A stretch of DNA of 63,959 bases, the filler included, from Basidioascus undulatus (taxonomy: Eukaryota), in the NCBI GenBank assembly GCA_000826855.1. It is 8 parts of 8 records of this genome, joined end to end, with 100 filler letters (N's around TTAATTAATTAA, not from the genome) between each part and the next. Parts side by side here need not be neighbours in the genome. Positions count along the whole stretch, not along the records: positions 10,922 to 16,261 come from JTLS01001958.1; positions 16,362 to 21,700 come from JTLS01001959.1; positions 21,801 to 47,913 come from JTLS01000196.1; 5 more parts are not named here. The stretch is one strand, 5' to 3'. Below the pieces are notes generated by a model. That model did not search any database and was not told the DNA's origin. It was given only the letters and a program-made list of their open reading frames with translations. Positions 12,096 to 24,927 of this stretch are shown here, in pieces. Position 1 is the first letter of the stretch, and every line of letters starts with the position of its first letter. The translations under genes and the position numbers were made by a program.

Positions 12096-14239
12096 ATGTC
12101 CGAGTGTCCTCTCTGCGGCACAAAGGACTCTATCGAATTCGATCCTGCGGCGCTCGCCCAGGTCTGCATCTCGTGCGGCTATATCGGCCAGGCCGAGCTC
12201 GAGCATGTCGATGTCTGGGAGGACGGGAGGACGACGGGCATGACCTGGGTAGGGGACCCGAATTGGACGGCAAAGAAGGTGAGTTTTTATGAGTTTCGAT
12301 GCTGGTTTTATTTTCGAAGCTGACGCGTCTCTCTTGCAGGCCGAGGACGAAAGGATCTGTAGGGAAGCGCTCGAGCGCCTGCGAGCGCCTGGCGCGCTCG
12401 GCCGCGCGATGCAGCTCTGGGAGCAGTCGAGCCCCAAGTTCATCAATAGCCCGCGCAAGAAGCTCTTGATGGCGGCGTGCGCATGCATAGCGCTCACCGA
12501 GAACAAAAAGAGCTCTGCCATGGACGAGATTGCTGTACGTCGCCGCTTGCCGTATTTCTCCTTTCACAGTCTCCGCGTTTCGCGCAATAGAAAACTGAAA
12601 GAGTGTTCCCCAGGCCAACTTCCAGGTCGAGGAGCACACGCTGCGCAAGTTCCTGTCGTCCTTCAAGCTCATGATCAAGTACTCTCCGCCCAACCCCGCC
12701 GACTTGATGGACCCCTCGCACTACCTCCCGCGCATCACCTCGCTCCTCACGCAGCTCGCATCACCTACCCCGCCCGCGAACCCCTCCATCCCCGCCTCAG
12801 CGCGCACACACCTCCGCAACGTCTCGCTGCGCGCAGTGCAGGACCTCGCGGGCGGGATCGCGTCCCTCGCGGTGTCGTCCAAGCTCACGCTCAACCGGCG
12901 CAACACCGAGCCGCTCGCGTGCGCGGTCATGCTCATGGCGCTCGACGCGCAGCCGGGCGGGCAGATGCGCGTCGCAGACCGGAACGCCCTCATGAAGGTC
13001 CTCGCGATCGAGCTGTCGGCGAACCTCGCGGCCGTCGAGGAGCGCGTGACGGACGTCCTCAAGATGCTCAAGGACCTGAGGCGCGAGCTGCCGTGGTTCA
13101 ATGACTCCGTGGAGGGCGCCGCGCGCGGGAAGAAGGTCGCGAAGGCGAAGGAGGCGCCGGGTCGGCAGGCGAGGAAGATCTCCGAGTCACTCGTCTGGGT
13201 CAAGGAGGTTGTCGACTTTGGCGCGCAGGTCATCAAGCGCCGCGAGCAGCAGCGCGTCAGCAGCGCGTCAGCGACGACGGCCCTTCTTCCAGCGTCTGCG
13301 TCCGACTCCAGCTCCAACGCAAGCTCTTCCGCGTCCCCTGCCCCCTTCGCCTCCGCTTCCACCGACTCGCCCTCTTCCACCTCCAACCCCTCTCTCAAGC
13401 GCAAGTCCACCCACGACCCTTACCACGGCCGGCCCTCCTACACCGGGCGGACGAACTATGACACGCATCCCGCCAAAGACGCAGCGCTCGCGTCTTCTGC
13501 CATCTCCCTCCTCACCTCCACGCTCTCCACCCTCCCCACCGAGCCCGACACGTCCGGCTCCGGCCCTTCCCTTGCAGCCATCGACTCCCTAAAACAAGCG
13601 ATCCTCGACTCCGCCGCGCGCCCGCGCCCGTCCCGCCCGAAGAAGCCCTCGCGCCTCACCGTCCTCCTGCAGGAGCGGCGCGTCTCCGCGGACGACCTGG
13701 GCGACGAGGACCTGTTCGAGGAGGGCGAACTCGAGGGCCTCGTCCGGGACGAGGCGGAGGTTGCGCCTCTCCGCGCGGAGTGGGAGGCGCCGGGAGGCCG
13801 CTTCGACATCCCCCCGCCGCAGCCGAAGAAGGCGCGGACGTCCGCAGCGCGCGGGGCGGACGGACAGAAGGCGAAGCGGACGAAGGCGCGGAACAAGGAG
13901 GACTTTGAACGGATCTTATCTGGGCTCGACACGATCGAGAACGACAGGGAAGGGGATGGAGATCTAGACGAAGACGACCGCCGCTCGCTGTCGCCTTATC
14001 ACTCCCCGCCGCCACCGTCACCCGCGTCCGCGTCCGCGTCCTCCTACCCCGTCTTCCCACTCCCCGATAACCTCCTCTCTAGCTTGGCAGCCAGCTCGAA
14101 GCGCCAGCGCTTGGATGACCCGACCACGGGGCTCAGCGCTGCGTCGAGCTTCTTGAGCTCGGCGATGCGCCTCGAGGTCGAGGGCGGGCCGGACGAGGAC
14201 GAGCTCGAGGTGATTGGGACACTCAGTGATGGGGAGTAG
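12096..14239 (+). CDS. TFIIB/Brf-family transcription factor (Brf2-like architecture)
   Basis: Exons 12096-12278, 12340-12534, 12614-14239. N-terminal Zn ribbon CPLC-x18-CISCG; cyclin-fold-like segments (LMAACACIAL, DPSHYLPRI, EPLACAVMLMAL); C-terminal acidic motif DEDLFEEGELEGLVRDEAEV resembling the Brf TBP anchor. Confidence 0.72.
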
Positions 14240-14596
14240 TTGGACCTTCGACGTCGCTGTACTTCGGCTGTACTTTCCGCTTAGCATGGTGTAACGTTAT
14301 AATTGATAAGCCCCATCGGCGTACAGTTCCTTTGGTTTGCCGTGTGCCACACCGCCGGGGCGACAACGTCTGCATAATGTAATCGACGACCGAGCATTTA
14401 ATTCTACCCCCTTGAATGGAACTCAATGCCAATCAAGAGACAACTACGGAGGGACGTTGAAATCGACTGTATGCCATAAAAGCGTGCCAAACTGCGAACC
14501 GCCTCTTGTCTTCTACCATCACCTCCTCCTCCGCATCCTTCAAACTAATCCCGCTCACTCTCCAACGCACTCGCTACTAACCCCTCGCACCTTCCA

Positions 14597-15495
14597 ATGA
14601 CCTCTTCCACCCCAAACCTCCCTGCCGAACCCCTATACACCTCGCATTACTGCGAAGAAAACGTGGTACACCTCATCTCGCACTTCACTACAACCTCCCC
14701 TTCCTATGACGCCTCAGCCGTCTTCATTTCGAACCCCGCCCGGAGCGTGGTGCTCTGGGAGCAGTGCGCGGGGATGTCCGAAAATGACGGGCAGGTCGTG
14801 TGGGATTATCATGTAGTTGTGCTCCTGCGGGAGAAAGCGGGGGAGGGAAGAGGAGGAAGGAAGTGGGTGGTGGATTTGGACTCGAGGTTGGGGAGGGTAA
14901 CGGAGTTTGAGGGTGCGTAGTAGATTCACTCTACTATTTGATGAAGTTTTGAGGACGGATACGCTGATGAGCCTCGGAAGAGCAGAATACGTCTTGCGCA
15001 CGTTCCGGATCGACCTGGCGCTCGAGGGGCTGATCCCCGAGCGTTTTCTGAGGTACTTCTCGGTCCCTCACTCGATCTTCAGAGCACAAGAAGAATCTTG
15101 ACCTGGCCTTCCCGAGGAAAAGCTCCTTTCGCGTCGTACCCGCCCCGGCTCTACTTGCGCACTTCGCATCCGACCGCTCGCACATGGTCCGTCCTCTCCC
15201 CCCTCCCTGCCTCTCTCTTCCTTCGTTCTCGCAAACAAATCGATCCGTTCTGAACCCCTTTTCCCTTCGAATTGCGCAGATCGACCCCATCACCAACCAG
15301 TACTTCCGCCCGCCGCCGCCCTGGCCGTGCATCCGGGGCGAAAGCGTTTTGCCGGGGGTGAAGAGCAACTTGATGGAGCGGTATGTGCGGATGGACGGGG
15401 AGAAGGGAGAGCAGGAAGGGGAGGAAAAGGGGAGATATGGGAAGGTGCTGGATTGGAGGGAGATGTTGCTTGGGATGGGGGATTGGGGAGTATGA
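14597..15495 (+). CDS. NTAQ1: Protein N-terminal glutamine amidohydrolase (NTAQ1/WDYHV1 family)
   Basis: YTSHYCEENV, AVFISN, VVWDYHVV, DLDSRL, FRVVPA..FASDRSHM, PPPWPCI and SNL motifs across short introns; Cys-His-Asp triad residues present. Confidence 0.93.
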
Positions 15496-15944
15496 AGAGA
15501 GGCAATATAGTCGACACGCGTGCATGCGAGAAAGCAGGCCGGCGTTGTGTGTGAGGCACGAATAGCGGGTGGGTGTCGGATCGTAGGCGTGCTGACCTTG
15601 GCCGACCCTGGTGAAAGTGCAAGGTGCTGCGGGCGGAAGAGTCAGCGTGCGCGAGCGCGGGGTGAGAGGAGACTCGGACGAAGGAGCAGGCGGCAGGCGA
15701 GTTCCATCGGACGGAGCACTCTGTCGGGTCTTGCCGCCCGGGCTGGACGGGGAATGTCAGAGAGTCGAAGGTGCAAATTGAGCTGCGCGCTGTGTAACCC
15801 AGAGTAGGGCCGGTGCCTGTCGCGAGATGTGCACTGTGTCGTATCGGAGCGCAACCCATTTCGACGGCCTAATTTGCAAGCACAGTCCTGCGCAGTGGCA
15901 GCGAAAGTGCAAGTCCATATAGCATCACATCCCCCCCTCTACAT

Positions 15945-16261
15945 CTACTGCGCCGCCTGCTGCTGCTGCTGCTCCGCTGTCCTCACTCCCCCAACCTCTT
16001 CCGGCCCCCCTCTGCTCTTCCCCCACGCAAGCCCCTCAATCCCCCTCGGCTCGACCGGGCCCTGCACCGCCGCGCGCTCGACCGCCTCGACCGCCGCCCT
16101 CCCGACGGTGTCGACGTGGAGGGGCGGGGTGCGCAGCAGGCGGTGCACCGCGCTGAGCGGGTTCGCAGCGCCCTCCGCTGTGAGGAGCGGGTGCGTCGAG
16201 GGCGGGATGAAGGAGCGGACGGACAGAAGCATTTCCTTGGGAAGGGATGAGCGTAAGGGCA
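15945..16261 (-). CDS. C-terminal fragment of a Coq11-like NAD(P)-binding SDR protein
   Basis: RLLRTPPLHVDTVGRAAVEAVE...VQGPVEPRGIEGLAW resembles the end of fungal Coq11-type atypical SDRs (recognised from memory); Rossmann N-terminus missing at the gap. Confidence 0.5.
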
Positions 16262-16361
16262 NNNNNNNNNNNNNNNNNNNNNNNNNNNNNNNNNNNNNNN
16301 NNNNNTTAATTAATTAANNNNNNNNNNNNNNNNNNNNNNNNNNNNNNNNNNNNNNNNNNNN

Positions 16362-18770
16362 CCCATCACGCTCTCGTCGTCATCCATGACCTCGGCGGGG
16401 CGCTTGCCCGGCACGGCGGCGGGCACGCGACCGACGACGAAGTTGATGACGACCTTGCGGACCTCGCGCAGCGGCACGTTGCTCGCCATGCGCAGCGTCT
16501 TGAGCTCGATCGCGGCGTTATCGATGCTGTGGCCCTCGTCGAATGCGCGCTCGAGGCTCTGCACGCACTCGGAGTGGAAGTCGGCAGACGAGGACGGGTC
16601 GAGCGAGAGCGTGGGGATGCCTTGCACTGATGCGGCAGAGGAGTGGACGGAGAGCGCGGGCGAAGAGGCGCGGGAGATGGTGCTGAGCGTGGAGGTGCCG
16701 GAGGGAGTCGGAGATGGTGCACGGTGGCCTGAAGTGAGTGACTCTATCATCGTCAGCAGGCAATCGCGATGAGCGAGGCGTGTAGGACGCACCGAGACGA
16801 GAGAACGCGACGCTCAGGGGGTCTTCGCCTTCTTCGTCATCCGATTCCTCCTCGCCTGCGTCGGTCACCATGTCCGCCGGCCACAGGTAGCCGATGGAAT
16901 CCGGCCCGAGAACACGCAGCCGCTCTGCTGCAGCGCAACCAAAGATCAGCGACGGCCTCCGATTCGCAATCACCCGAAACTCGCTTACCCTTCTCCTCCT
17001 CGGTCTCCTCGTCCTCCTCTTCCTCATTCCACCTCGTCCGACCAACCCGGCTAAACGCGGGCAGATGAACGCCCTTGCCGAGGGTGACCCCCTCGCCGAC
17101 CAAACATCCGCGTTCCAGCACCACGCCATCCTGCAAGACCGCCCCGTGCCCGACGATGCTTTCCTCAAGCAGACAGTCCGCCCCAATGCGAGCGCCCTCC
17201 CAGACGTAGCTCTCGCGGACCGTCGTAGACGCGCCGACGGTGACGCGCTGACCGAGGACGGACCGCTCGATGCGCGTGTGCTCGGCGAGAGTCGCATGGG
17301 AGCCGATGAGGGAGTGGGAAGAGACAGTGGAGGACCTGTGATAAGATGATCAGTTGCCGCCCCGTGACAGCAGTGCACGGACGTACTGTGCGAGAACAAT
17401 GCCTTCCTTCCCGATGTATTGGTAATTTTGGCGGTGCTCGTAGCGCTGGCCGTCGGGCATGTTCTCATCCGGTGCCATCGGAAACGTCCACCGGGCGATA
17501 ATATCCTTGCTGTCATGGCGGCGCAGTCAACTCAGCGGGTGAGTTTCAGCTGGACCAGCGAACACCACTCACGAGATCGCAGCGTAACTCCGCCCATCCC
17601 GTACACGACCGGCGTAGCCCTCGTTCTCGCTCACGACATGGACGTGGATCGTCTTGCCGAGCAGGTCGGACGTCAAGATGCCGTTGACGAAGTCGTGTCG
17701 TAGATCTTGGTAGTCGAAGTTCTCGGTGAAGAGGAGGGGCACCTGTGCGTTGGAAGCTGGTCAGGTGGTGCACAGCAGGAAAAGGAAGATTGCGAGCGCA
17801 CATCGACTGAGCAGATATCGATCGAACAGTCGACGAGATCGTTCCGGAACTCGAGCTCCTCGTTGGACTCGAGGATCTCGTACGGAATCGCGGCGCGCTT
17901 TTCGGAGGTCGAACGGTGGACGGAAGGGTGGGAGAGGGTAGTGTAGGCGTGGAGTTGGGCGGTGGTCGGGTTGATGACGAAGACGGGCGCTTCAGGAAGA
18001 GGTCTGTCGGGAACAATGGAAGTAAGCGTGCTGCCCGCACCTCCAGATTACGAACCCCTCCCGCAGCTGCTGCAGCCAACATGCTCCCTGATACTTGGAG
18101 CAGATCTGAAGCGTACCTTAAGCGGTGGACACCACCGACCTCCCGGCAGACGATGCTCATGATTGCATCCTTCGACTTCTTCCGCCGCTCGCGGTGCTCG
18201 TTCACGATGTCCTCGATGTTAACAGTCGAGACTACGTCGCCGGAGATGAGGACAAAGTCGGAGACGATGAGCTGCCGGGCGTCCAGCTCGCGGAGAGCGT
18301 CGCCGGTCGAGAGGGACGAGTTAGAGATGATGGGGTGAATCTTGATGGTGGAGAGGTTGGAGGAGAATTGGGACGTGCTGGAGGTTGAATTTCTATGCTT
18401 AGTTTGAGGTGTGAGCTAAGAGGAGATGGACGGGCGCACCTGAGCCAGTCTTTGATCCGCTCGGCATGAGCACAGCAGAACACGAAGACCTCCTTCACCC
18501 CCGCCGCCGCCAAGCTCTCCAGCGTCCATGCAAGCAGGGGAACGTTCAAAAGCGGCAAGAGGCACTATTTTGAAGGCGCAGGTTCAGTGAAAAGTCGTCG
18601 AGATGGCGCTCTGGGACACAAGCAAGCTGGGTTCGGGAAGAGAGAAGACGCACTCGGGGGCGGTCAACGGTAAGAGGTCTGAAGCGAGCGTTGAAGGAGT
18701 CGGCGAGAATAACAGCCTGGAGCTCCTCCTCCTCCTGCTCGACCTGCTGCTGTTGTCCTTTTGGCGGCAT
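16362..18770 (-). CDS. GCD6: Translation initiation factor eIF2B epsilon subunit, 3' end truncated
   Basis: LQAVILADSFNARFRPLT..PRCLLPLLNVPLLAWTLESL, DALRELD, LFTENFDYQDLR, hexapeptide beta-helix repeats, and W2/catalytic segment SLERAFDEGHSIDNAAIELKTLRMASN. Confidence 0.96.
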
Positions 18771-20108
18771 TGAGAAAGAGATGGCGTTCAGCTGTTGGTG
18801 ATCGTTGGGCAAGCTGGAGCGGCTAAGTCAAGCTGCAACGCACGCCGAATCTCTCAAGACCGTCAAACTAACCTACGTGGAGAGTGGCAGGGACTTTGGC
18901 CTTGTTTTTCGTTTTCACGGTCGAGCAAGTCATTACCATTCTCTTCATCATTGATAACGTTTTAGTATTCCCTGCACATCTCTTTAGGACGTGGACGCCG
19001 TGGAGGCGAACCTGGGTTGGGGAGGCGGCCTCGCTGACTTTTTGGTGGTACTATCGGACTGCTCACGGCTGGGAACGTGCCATACAGGAAGGCAAAAATA
19101 TTGAGTTTGAATGTGTAAGAAACTCTACGTGAGGATTCTTGCCTCCATTCAGCTCGTCAAGTGTTGGCACGCTGGCAGGGAGACACTGTCGTCGTTGCCG
19201 ATTACCGCTTTCAGGACGTCCTGGTCGGGCCAGCTGCAAGTAGTCTTTGATTAAGTTGCAGTGGTCTATCCGTCTCATTAAATTCGAGTGTAGAATGTCC
19301 AGGTGGAAAAGGCCCTGAATGTGCCTTGTCGAGGCGACGTTGACGCAGTGAGAGGGAGCAAATCACCGCTCCCGAACACTCACTTCTCAAGATCACAGAA
19401 GACAAACGTGAACCTGTGGTACGAGAAATATGGAACTCATGGGACGTACAACATCTTCAATAATGTATCCCACAAAAACGTACTTCGGACCACGAAAAAC
19501 GCTCAGATGGTTCGTTTGCCTTGGCTCGACCATCTCATTGTCGAGGCTCACGCAGCGCTACACTTCGACTACAACGCATCTCGTCTCACGATCCCTCTGA
19601 AACAATCACCTTGTCTTCACGTTTCGAAGAAACGACGTTACTGGTCGGTCGAATCAAGTCGACCGCCTCACGTTTCGCCTCTCTCCCACCGACGACCATC
19701 TACAAGTAGTTGGCTTTCTTCGAACATTTGTCTCATCTCAAATTCTCCCTCTTCTCCCCTTACACTGGTGCGGATGTCCTTCTGCACCCCCCTTTACCTT
19801 TTCTTTCTGTGGGCACCGGCGAGCGGTGGGTGACATGGCGGGGTCAGCATGGGCACAGGAGCCATAGCCTCTGCCTGGAGCCATAAGAGTGAGAAAGATC
19901 AAATTCCTTGGATGAATACAAGCCTGAGTTCATCTGCTCTACAAAACGCTTCTGACCTTGCTATGTGACATATGCAGGCTCTCCCGTCTAAATCCCACGG
20001 ACCCGCTTGACAGGTCCTTGATCGAGAGGTCTAGGGAGCTGGTGCTCACGTGATTGGGGAACGAATACCGGGATAGTGGGGGAACGGGAAGTTTAGAGGA
20101 GGGCCCAC

Positions 20109-20152
20109 GTGTGTGGGTGTGTGGGTGTGTGGGTGTGTGGGTGTGTGTATGT
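20109..20152. repeat. (GTGTGGGT)n microsatellite
   Basis: About four 8-bp units followed by a GT-rich tail. Confidence 0.85.
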
Positions 20153-20989
20153 GTCGATCGTGTCGAGATACCTAATGCTTTCGGATGAGATCCCGAACGC
20201 CAGTCAACACACTCACCCACTCGTGGCAGCCTTGGTATGAGGAAGGAAATCTCTGTAGGAAAGCTTTATACCCGACGGGCCACGCCTAACGTTCCAACAT
20301 CAAACCTTGCGCTTTGTTTGGGCAGCCTGCGCACTGTCAGGATCTATGGTTAGGCGGTGATGAAAGTATTCCTGCCACGTTCCTCCTGCAGTAGCTATGG
20401 TTAAGAAATAGGTTATGCGAGACTTGTACGATGTTCGAGCACCAGTCCGCTGGAGAAACCGTTTTGTCAGGCACGGCGGCACAGTGTCGTCGGTTCAATC
20501 GGCACAGCTCATGAACTGCGCAGCGAGGCTTTGCTGCCCGAGCAACGCTCTACCGAACCTTCCCTAATAAATCTTCCCCTAGGTACTAATGGGAGCCAGT
20601 GGAACATGGCCCGGTGGCATCGAGCAAGCCTCAGATGGCAGGACGACGTTGTGGATGCCGTCCCGCACTGCAGATGCCACGCGTTTCTGTGAATCGCAAA
20701 ATTCGTCCGGTGCAACTGCGGCTATGAGACGCTAACAGGGCTCGTAAGCGCTGAAAGAGAGTGGACTAGCGGCACGAAGGGGTATAAATTCGCAACACGG
20801 CTTGTGAATGTACCGTGCGCATGCGCTGCTGATTCAACCAAAAGTGCAAATGTCTCCTGCACTGAGATTGAAATAAAGACAAATTACATGTGTTCTTTGA
20901 TTGCGAATTCTTGCATGCGCCATCTCCTCGCAGGATTGATGCTCTTCGTTCTGGCTCGAGCGCTCACGCAGCACCAAACTCAAGAGACA

Positions 20990-21690
20990 TATTCCTATCC
21001 CAACCAATTTTTTTGTATGTCCCTTCTCCGCTCCCGCGATGCAAAGCCGAGCAACGCCCCTCAAATAACCCTCACATTCCTCAACGCCTCCCCCGCCGTC
21101 GCTGCAAGGCGCATTACGTCCGGGTCGATCTCGGCGGGCGCCACATGGCAGGATGGGTTGAGGGGGGGTTCGGGGTCTGGTGTGGGTGTGGGTTCCCCCC
21201 CTCCCCCGCGCTTCTTGGAGAGGGAGGGGTTGAGTTGAAGGAAGGAAGGGGAAGGAGGAAGTCGATGAGCGTCGGGAGAGACTCGGACGGGCAGGAGGAG
21301 AGGGTCGGGCGGAGCGCGTCGAGGAGGGCACGCTCGACTTCGGGTGAGCGTCGCGCAGCGAGGTGGACTGCTGTGCGGACAGTGGGGGACGTGAGGAACG
21401 AGAGAACGCCTTGATCGAGCGAATATGCTGCGGTGGGGATGAGGAGTTCGAGAGCCCCTAGCGGGTCGAGCTCGGAAGATTCGATCGAAGACGGGGAAGT
21501 CTGAGTCCCCGTGCTCGTCCTCGATACCTTCTGCAGCTTCCAGCTCCTCCAGCTCCTGCACCCTCCTCCGTAGCCTCTGCATCCCGCTGAGCCCAGCTTC
21601 AAGGCGCTCAGCTCGGGCGTTTGGCCCACGTGTGCTCGTGCTTCTTGTTGAGGGAAATGGTCTGTTCAATGGGGAAAAGTCTGTCAACAA
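20990..21690 (-). pseudogene. Disrupted or partial hypothetical gene
   Basis: The protein-like reading switches frame (LQRLRRRVQELEELE-like segment; ALELLIPTAAYSLDQGVLSFL; EIDPDVMRLAATAGEALRNVRVI*GALLGF) without clear splice sites; 5' part at the gap. Confidence 0.3.
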
Positions 21691-21800
21691 GACATCCGGT
21701 NNNNNNNNNNNNNNNNNNNNNNNNNNNNNNNNNNNNNNNNNNNNTTAATTAATTAANNNNNNNNNNNNNNNNNNNNNNNNNNNNNNNNNNNNNNNNNNNN

Positions 21801-23321
21801 GACGCACTGTTTCCCTATAGGCGAGACGAGCACTTTCTTGCGGAAGAGGTCGTACTGCGCGGGAGGCGGAGGAAGGGGATCAGAACGAAGCTCCCACGGA
21901 TAATCCACTCAGCAGCGCGCACTTTATTCAAAAACAGGATCTGTACATCCGCCGCGCGTGAGTCCGAGCGATCGGGAAGGGGAATGGGAGGAGGGAAGGA
22001 GGAAACGCACGATGGATGTGCTAGTAAAGTACGACGAGGACGCGATCGAGTCGTACACGAGGAGGGCTTCTTGCATTTGGTTCTGTGCAATACGAGGGGG
22101 AGGATGAGGATATGGGACGGAACGAAGACCGGGGAGAGGGGGGTAGGGGGAGGGAAAGGAAGGGAAGAGGAAGGGAAGGGAAGGGAAGACGCACGGAATC
22201 CGTATCTTCGTGCAGGCAGAGGTCGTAGCCTGGTAGGGAGATGAGGAAGAGGATCTGTGGGGGAGTCAGGCGGATGGGCGGAGGATGAAGAGGCTGGGAG
22301 GACGGACGGCGGTGACCTGCGCGAGTGGGAGCGAGGTGGCGATCAGGCTGAGGAAGGGGGAAGTGGAAGAGAAAGGAAGACGCACGTCCGAGAAGCAGTT
22401 GATCCACTTTCTTCGTTCGCTCCTAATTTTGAGTGAAAGAAGAGGCGTGAGCAGGTCTAACAAAACGGTTCAACGACAAGGAAGACGCACCTCTGCCCAC
22501 CCACATCGCATATCCTCACCACTGTCCCCCTCCCCTCGCAATCAGCCTCCTCCCTCCACCCTCACCCACCTCCCAAGCACGTACCCTGCCCGCCCATATC
22601 AAAGTCCGTCTCGCTAATGCCCGTCGTCTTGGCCCTCGCATGCAGGACATCCCGTTCACTAGGCCTGTACCCCCGCTCAAACAGCCTCGGCAAGTCGGCA
22701 TAGTAGTGCGGGAGGTTCTCGAAGAAGGCCGCGCGGTCGCCCTGCGTCGCGTACGTCGTCTGGACTGCGGGGTCGGCGTAGAGCGCCTGGAGGACGGGGA
22801 GTAGCGAGAGGGGGAAGGGCTCGCGACCGGAGAGCTCGGGGGCGGCGTGGAGTTGGGGGAGGAGTGCCTGCGGGGTGGAAAGGCGAAGCGTGAGCCAGGG
22901 GAGGCGGAGGGGGTGGTGAGAGAAGATGCACCTCTTTGGATGGATCTGCGAACGGGATCTGGAAGTCCCTCATCGCCTCCAGCACCGCCTCGAGCCCCCT
23001 AACGACATTCTCATAGATCAAATTCCGGTACCTGTCCTCCCCACCGCCGCCTCTCCTCCATCAGCTTCCCCGTCTTCCACCCTCCCGGCCCTCCTCCCGC
23101 CGTCCAACGCACGCTTCCATCTCGTCCTCCGAGAAGGGCTGATTGTGTATGATGCGCATGCTCTTGAGCGTCGTGCTCTTGCCCGAGTCGCCCGCGCCGA
23201 GGAGCAGCAGCTTGATTGTGCGCGCGGCCTCCTTCGCGTCCGAGCGGAGCTGCTTCTCGATCGCAGCGTGCCGGGCGGCCTGCTCGGGCGGGACGGACGG
23301 GCTCGAGAAGCAGGTGCCCAT
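21801..23321 (-). CDS. Heterotrimeric G-protein alpha subunit, 3' end truncated
   Basis: MGTCFS (myristoyl Gly2, Cys4), [47 protein letters not shown]; many short introns. Confidence 0.96.
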
Positions 23322-24854
23322 CGTCGTCGATTTCGATTTCCTTCCGTTTTTCTGGTCCGGATGCAGGACCGCGAAGCTGGGGATCGAGAATGAGAGGGAG
23401 AACGAGTGCTGAGAAGACGCCGGAAAGTTGGGAGCGACAAGACAAAAGATCCACAGTCGATCAGCTGCAGCGGAGTCCATCGCCGTCTCATCCCCCAGAC
23501 GCCAGCCGCCACGATGACGCCCCTTGCCAGCGGAGAAATTGAACCGAGATGCCGGCAAGGCGCAGATCAGGCACACCAGCCGTCAGCGTCTTCTTCTTGC
23601 GCCACGAACCTGCAGGCGGCAGGAAGTGCTCCTGCGCATCTGCAAGAGTTTCACGGACGGCAACACCTTGCACAGTCAATCTTGCTTGAGAAGTTACTTC
23701 GGATGGTTTTCCTGTCTCTTTTGTCTGGTCCAGAAGATCTACAGATCAGCCGTTGGAGCAAGTAAGCCTCCGCTAGGCCCATGGTTTTCATAAGCTAGCT
23801 GCGGAACTAGCAGCCGCATCGCCGCGGCGAGGAGGATCGTTCATTTTGGGAGCACGTCCCACAATCGTGTGCTGAGCTTCTTCGACTTCGGTTGCGCTGT
23901 CTTAAGTGAGAATGGCATCGGTGCACAAATCGTGCTCAACCAGACGGTGGGATTTTCCATTTATGTTAAGCAGCTGCCTTTTACTACTGTCATCCTCTTG
24001 AAACAGGACCCTCTCCCGCGCGGATTCTGCGGTCAGTCGAACACCTGCTCTGTCAGCCTTTCCGGACTGAACGTTCATACCGTCCAGACGCTCTGCCCCC
24101 GTCCCTTACGACTTCTCCATTGGCACGCCGAACGCGGATCCGCCACTTCGTCATGTACAAACGTCCTGCGCGGTGCAACGCATGCAGGGGAATGGCGGTA
24201 CGCCAGTCCGCCCTTGCCAGAAACCCTCACTCCCTCGCTATATATGGGCTGAAGTGCATCTGAATTCGTCTGGATGCGAACTGTGAGAGTGTGGGGAAGG
24301 CCGGCATTTAGAAACAACTCATAGCTCGCACCAGCACGCCCGCGATACCTAGCAGACGGACTGGACTCTAGAAATAAGTTTCGAACGCAACCCCTCTCGA
24401 GTTTCGTGAAGCCAGCGGGTCCGCTATCTCTATGAGGTGGCAGGTCGACAGCGGCCACAGTTTCCACCTACCATCCGTTCAAATCATAGCGCTTCGAGGC
24501 CCAATCACCCGTAACATGATGCACGCTGGGTACGGGCCTGTTAAGATAGTCCGTTCTCCTTTTCCTTGTCATTTGACAAGGAACCGCCAGTTCCCTTAAG
24601 CTTCTCCAGCCTCAGCACAGATTGAGATGAACTTTCGAACTCAGCATGGTCCTTTACCCTTGGGCTTTCCGAGTCGCCAGGTTAAGAACCAGAAGAAGGC
24701 GAGACGCTCTGCCTGTCGGGTAGCCGTCGCGCGAGCGCACTCGGAATAAAGGTCAGGTTCAAGCAGTCGCCCAGGCCGCACGTGCTCACCATCTGACGAA
24801 CGTGCATTTTCGGAGACTAAGGAATGAGGATTTAAAGAACAGCAAACAGACATC

Positions 24855-24927
24855 GGTTCTTTAGCTCATCTGGGAGAGCGTCAGATTGAAGTCCTGAAGG
24901 TACCGTGTTCAATCCACGGAAGAACCA
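24855..24927 (+). tRNA. tRNA-Phe (GAA) with variant anticodon arm
   Basis: Acceptor stem GGTTCTT/AAGAACC, D arm GCTC/GAGC, anticodon arm TCAGA-TTGAAGT-CCTGA, T arm CCGTG-TTCAATC-CACGG, T5 terminator downstream. Confidence 0.85.

Noticed and set aside
12721..13932. Long antisense ORFs over real genes (also over the myosin and PDI genes)
   Set aside because: Expected shadows of high GC3 codon usage.
15945..16400. Fragment left of the gap as the eIF2B-epsilon C-terminus
   Set aside because: It lacks W2 acidic/aromatic boxes, resembles Coq11 instead and lies on a different contig. The last codons before the gap (DDDESVM) may be a contig-end artefact.
18884..20800. Short ORFs or ncRNA in long intergenic tracts (also 9100-10450, 44400-45750, 56950-58780)
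   Set aside because: No recognisable protein motif or snRNA/snoRNA structure by eye; an Rfam/Infernal scan would be needed.
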